DNA of 64,000 bases. It comes from Bryobacterales bacterium (GTDB lineage: Bacteria > Acidobacteriota > Terriglobia > Bryobacterales > UBA6623). The notes beneath the pieces are model-generated. The model was not told the origin of the DNA. It made no database searches and saw only the letters and a program-made list of their open reading frames with translations. The stretch covers positions 4,553,609 to 4,617,608 of the forward strand of contig OZ244625.1 in the NCBI GenBank assembly GCA_965218555.1, read 5' to 3'. Of the stretch, positions 62,750 through 64,000 are shown piece by piece. The position numbers and the translations under genes are program-made. Within the stretch, counting starts at the first letter, position 1, and every line of letters starts with the position of its first letter.

Positions 62750-63626
62750 TTGATTTCCCCTTCCTGATTAATTAATGGAACAACCTTCATTGCCTTGCTT
62801 GAATGTAGCGAGAGCCGGTCGGCGGGCCGGGCCGTCACTCGACAGTATTTCGGTTGAAGGTTGAACAAATCGGTAGAAGTGTATCAGATCGCAGGCGATC
62901 ATCACGATGTCGTAGACAATCCTTACGCTCACTGACCCACGACCTAGTATACTTGGCGCTAGTATATCGAACTTCCAGATCGATACGGAAGTATTGTTGG
63001 ATTGCCGTTAGTGCATGAAAGATTCGACTATGACTCAAAAAAGTTCTTATGCATTCAATAACCAGCTTTTTGGCTGATGCTTGGTCTTGTCCGAAGATGA
63101 CCGAAGAACTGCATGGGAGGCCTTCGATGAGTGGTGTATGTAATTGGAGACAAAGCACGTCTGCAAGTCTCCCGTGATTCGGTCGTCTCCGGAACGCCTG
63201 TATCCAAATAATTTATGGGAGCAATAGAAATAATCTACGCTTTCTCGCACAGACGCTTGGCTATAATCATCTTGTGTCGATCAGGCCGTGACGTCCGATC
63301 AATATCGATTCCGAAACGGATTCGAATTGTTGGCTGCTTACTCAGTGCATATGAAGCGGCTTGTCAGCGGATGTTCACGGGCTCGGTGTTTCTCATCCGC
63401 GCCGAGCTGCTCTCTCTGCTTCTGCAAGAGCTTGATAACCCAGGAGCAAGGAGAGATCCGGTCATAACGGAACATGAGGTTTGAGATGAAATTTTCAGCG
63501 AACCCCGAACTTGGCGGTGTTTGCCGGAAGCGGCTTCCATCCACGGCCGCTGTACGGCGAGCGGAGGGGGTAGCGAAGCTGGAAGATTGCATTTGATGCT
63601 GTGGATACAGTTAAGGAGCCGAATAC

Positions 63627-64000
63627 ATGAAACCGAGCACCCTGTCGCGTTTGCTGACAGTACTGTTGTTCCTGACGGCGCTACCCGCGCTGGCGCAAAC
63701 TGAGGAGGCCCAAGTTGACACCGGCGACAATGCCTGGATTCTGGTCTGCTCAGCTCTCGTTTTGTTGATGACCGGGCCCGGTCTCGCTCTCTTCTACGGC
63801 GGTTTGGTTCGCAAGAAGAACTTGCTTGCGACCATGATGCAGTCGTTCATGATGATGGCGGTGATCACTGTTCTGTGGGGAGTGGTGGGCTATTCACTGG
63901 CCTTCGCTCCCGGGAATTCGTTCATCGGTGGCCTCGATCATCTCTTTCTGAACGGGGTTGGTACGGAAGCAAAAGGATCGATTACTCACCTGACGTTCAT
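63627..64000 (+). CDS. amtB: Ammonium transporter, 3'-truncated by the window edge
   Basis: AAGGAG RBS, signal peptide, then DTGDNAWILVCSALVLLMTGPGLALFYGGLVRKKN and WGVVGYSLAF. Absent from the ORF track because there is no stop in the window. Confidence 0.95.
   Translation, partial: MKPSTLSRLLTVLLFLTALPALAQTEEAQVDTGDNAWILVCSALVLLMTGPGLALFYGGLVRKKNLLATMMQSFMMMAVITVLWGVVGYSLAFAPGNSFIGGLDHLFLNGVGTEAKGSITHLTF

Noticed and set aside
62835-63592. Several ORFs of 67-107 aa in the porin-amtB spacer
   Set aside because: They overlap on both strands, have atypical composition, and show no RBS or motifs.

Overview
Bacterial chromosomal window, GC-rich (by eye). The gene content (DUF1549/DUF1553 cytochrome-c proteins, DUF1501, Tat-exported Gfo/Idh/MocA, CehA/McbA-type PHP hydrolases, MacB-like permease with several adaptors) suggests Acidobacteriota (Bryobacterales-like) or a PVC organism; this is inference only. 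The left 12.8 kb, downstream of a tRNA-Thr(CGT), is an IS-damaged amino-acid/amide catabolic region: CocE hydrolase, threonine aldolase, an ilvE-like aminotransferase split by an IS21, an orphan hydantoinase A, an FAD oxidoreductase, and an IS481 with an IS630 inserted in its target duplication. The rest contains cstA, an MFS transporter, glgX, a second intact IS481, a hybrid RND/MacB-type efflux cluster with no ATPase gene, many exported hydrolases, two DUF1549/DUF1553 proteins with different central inserts, a PedA1/PedA2-like PQQ-associated gene pair, and a porin divergent from amtB. No CRISPR array, rRNA or prophage was seen. Start codons were chosen by eye from RBS and signal peptides and are less certain than stops. 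Family assignments come from motif recognition, not database searches.
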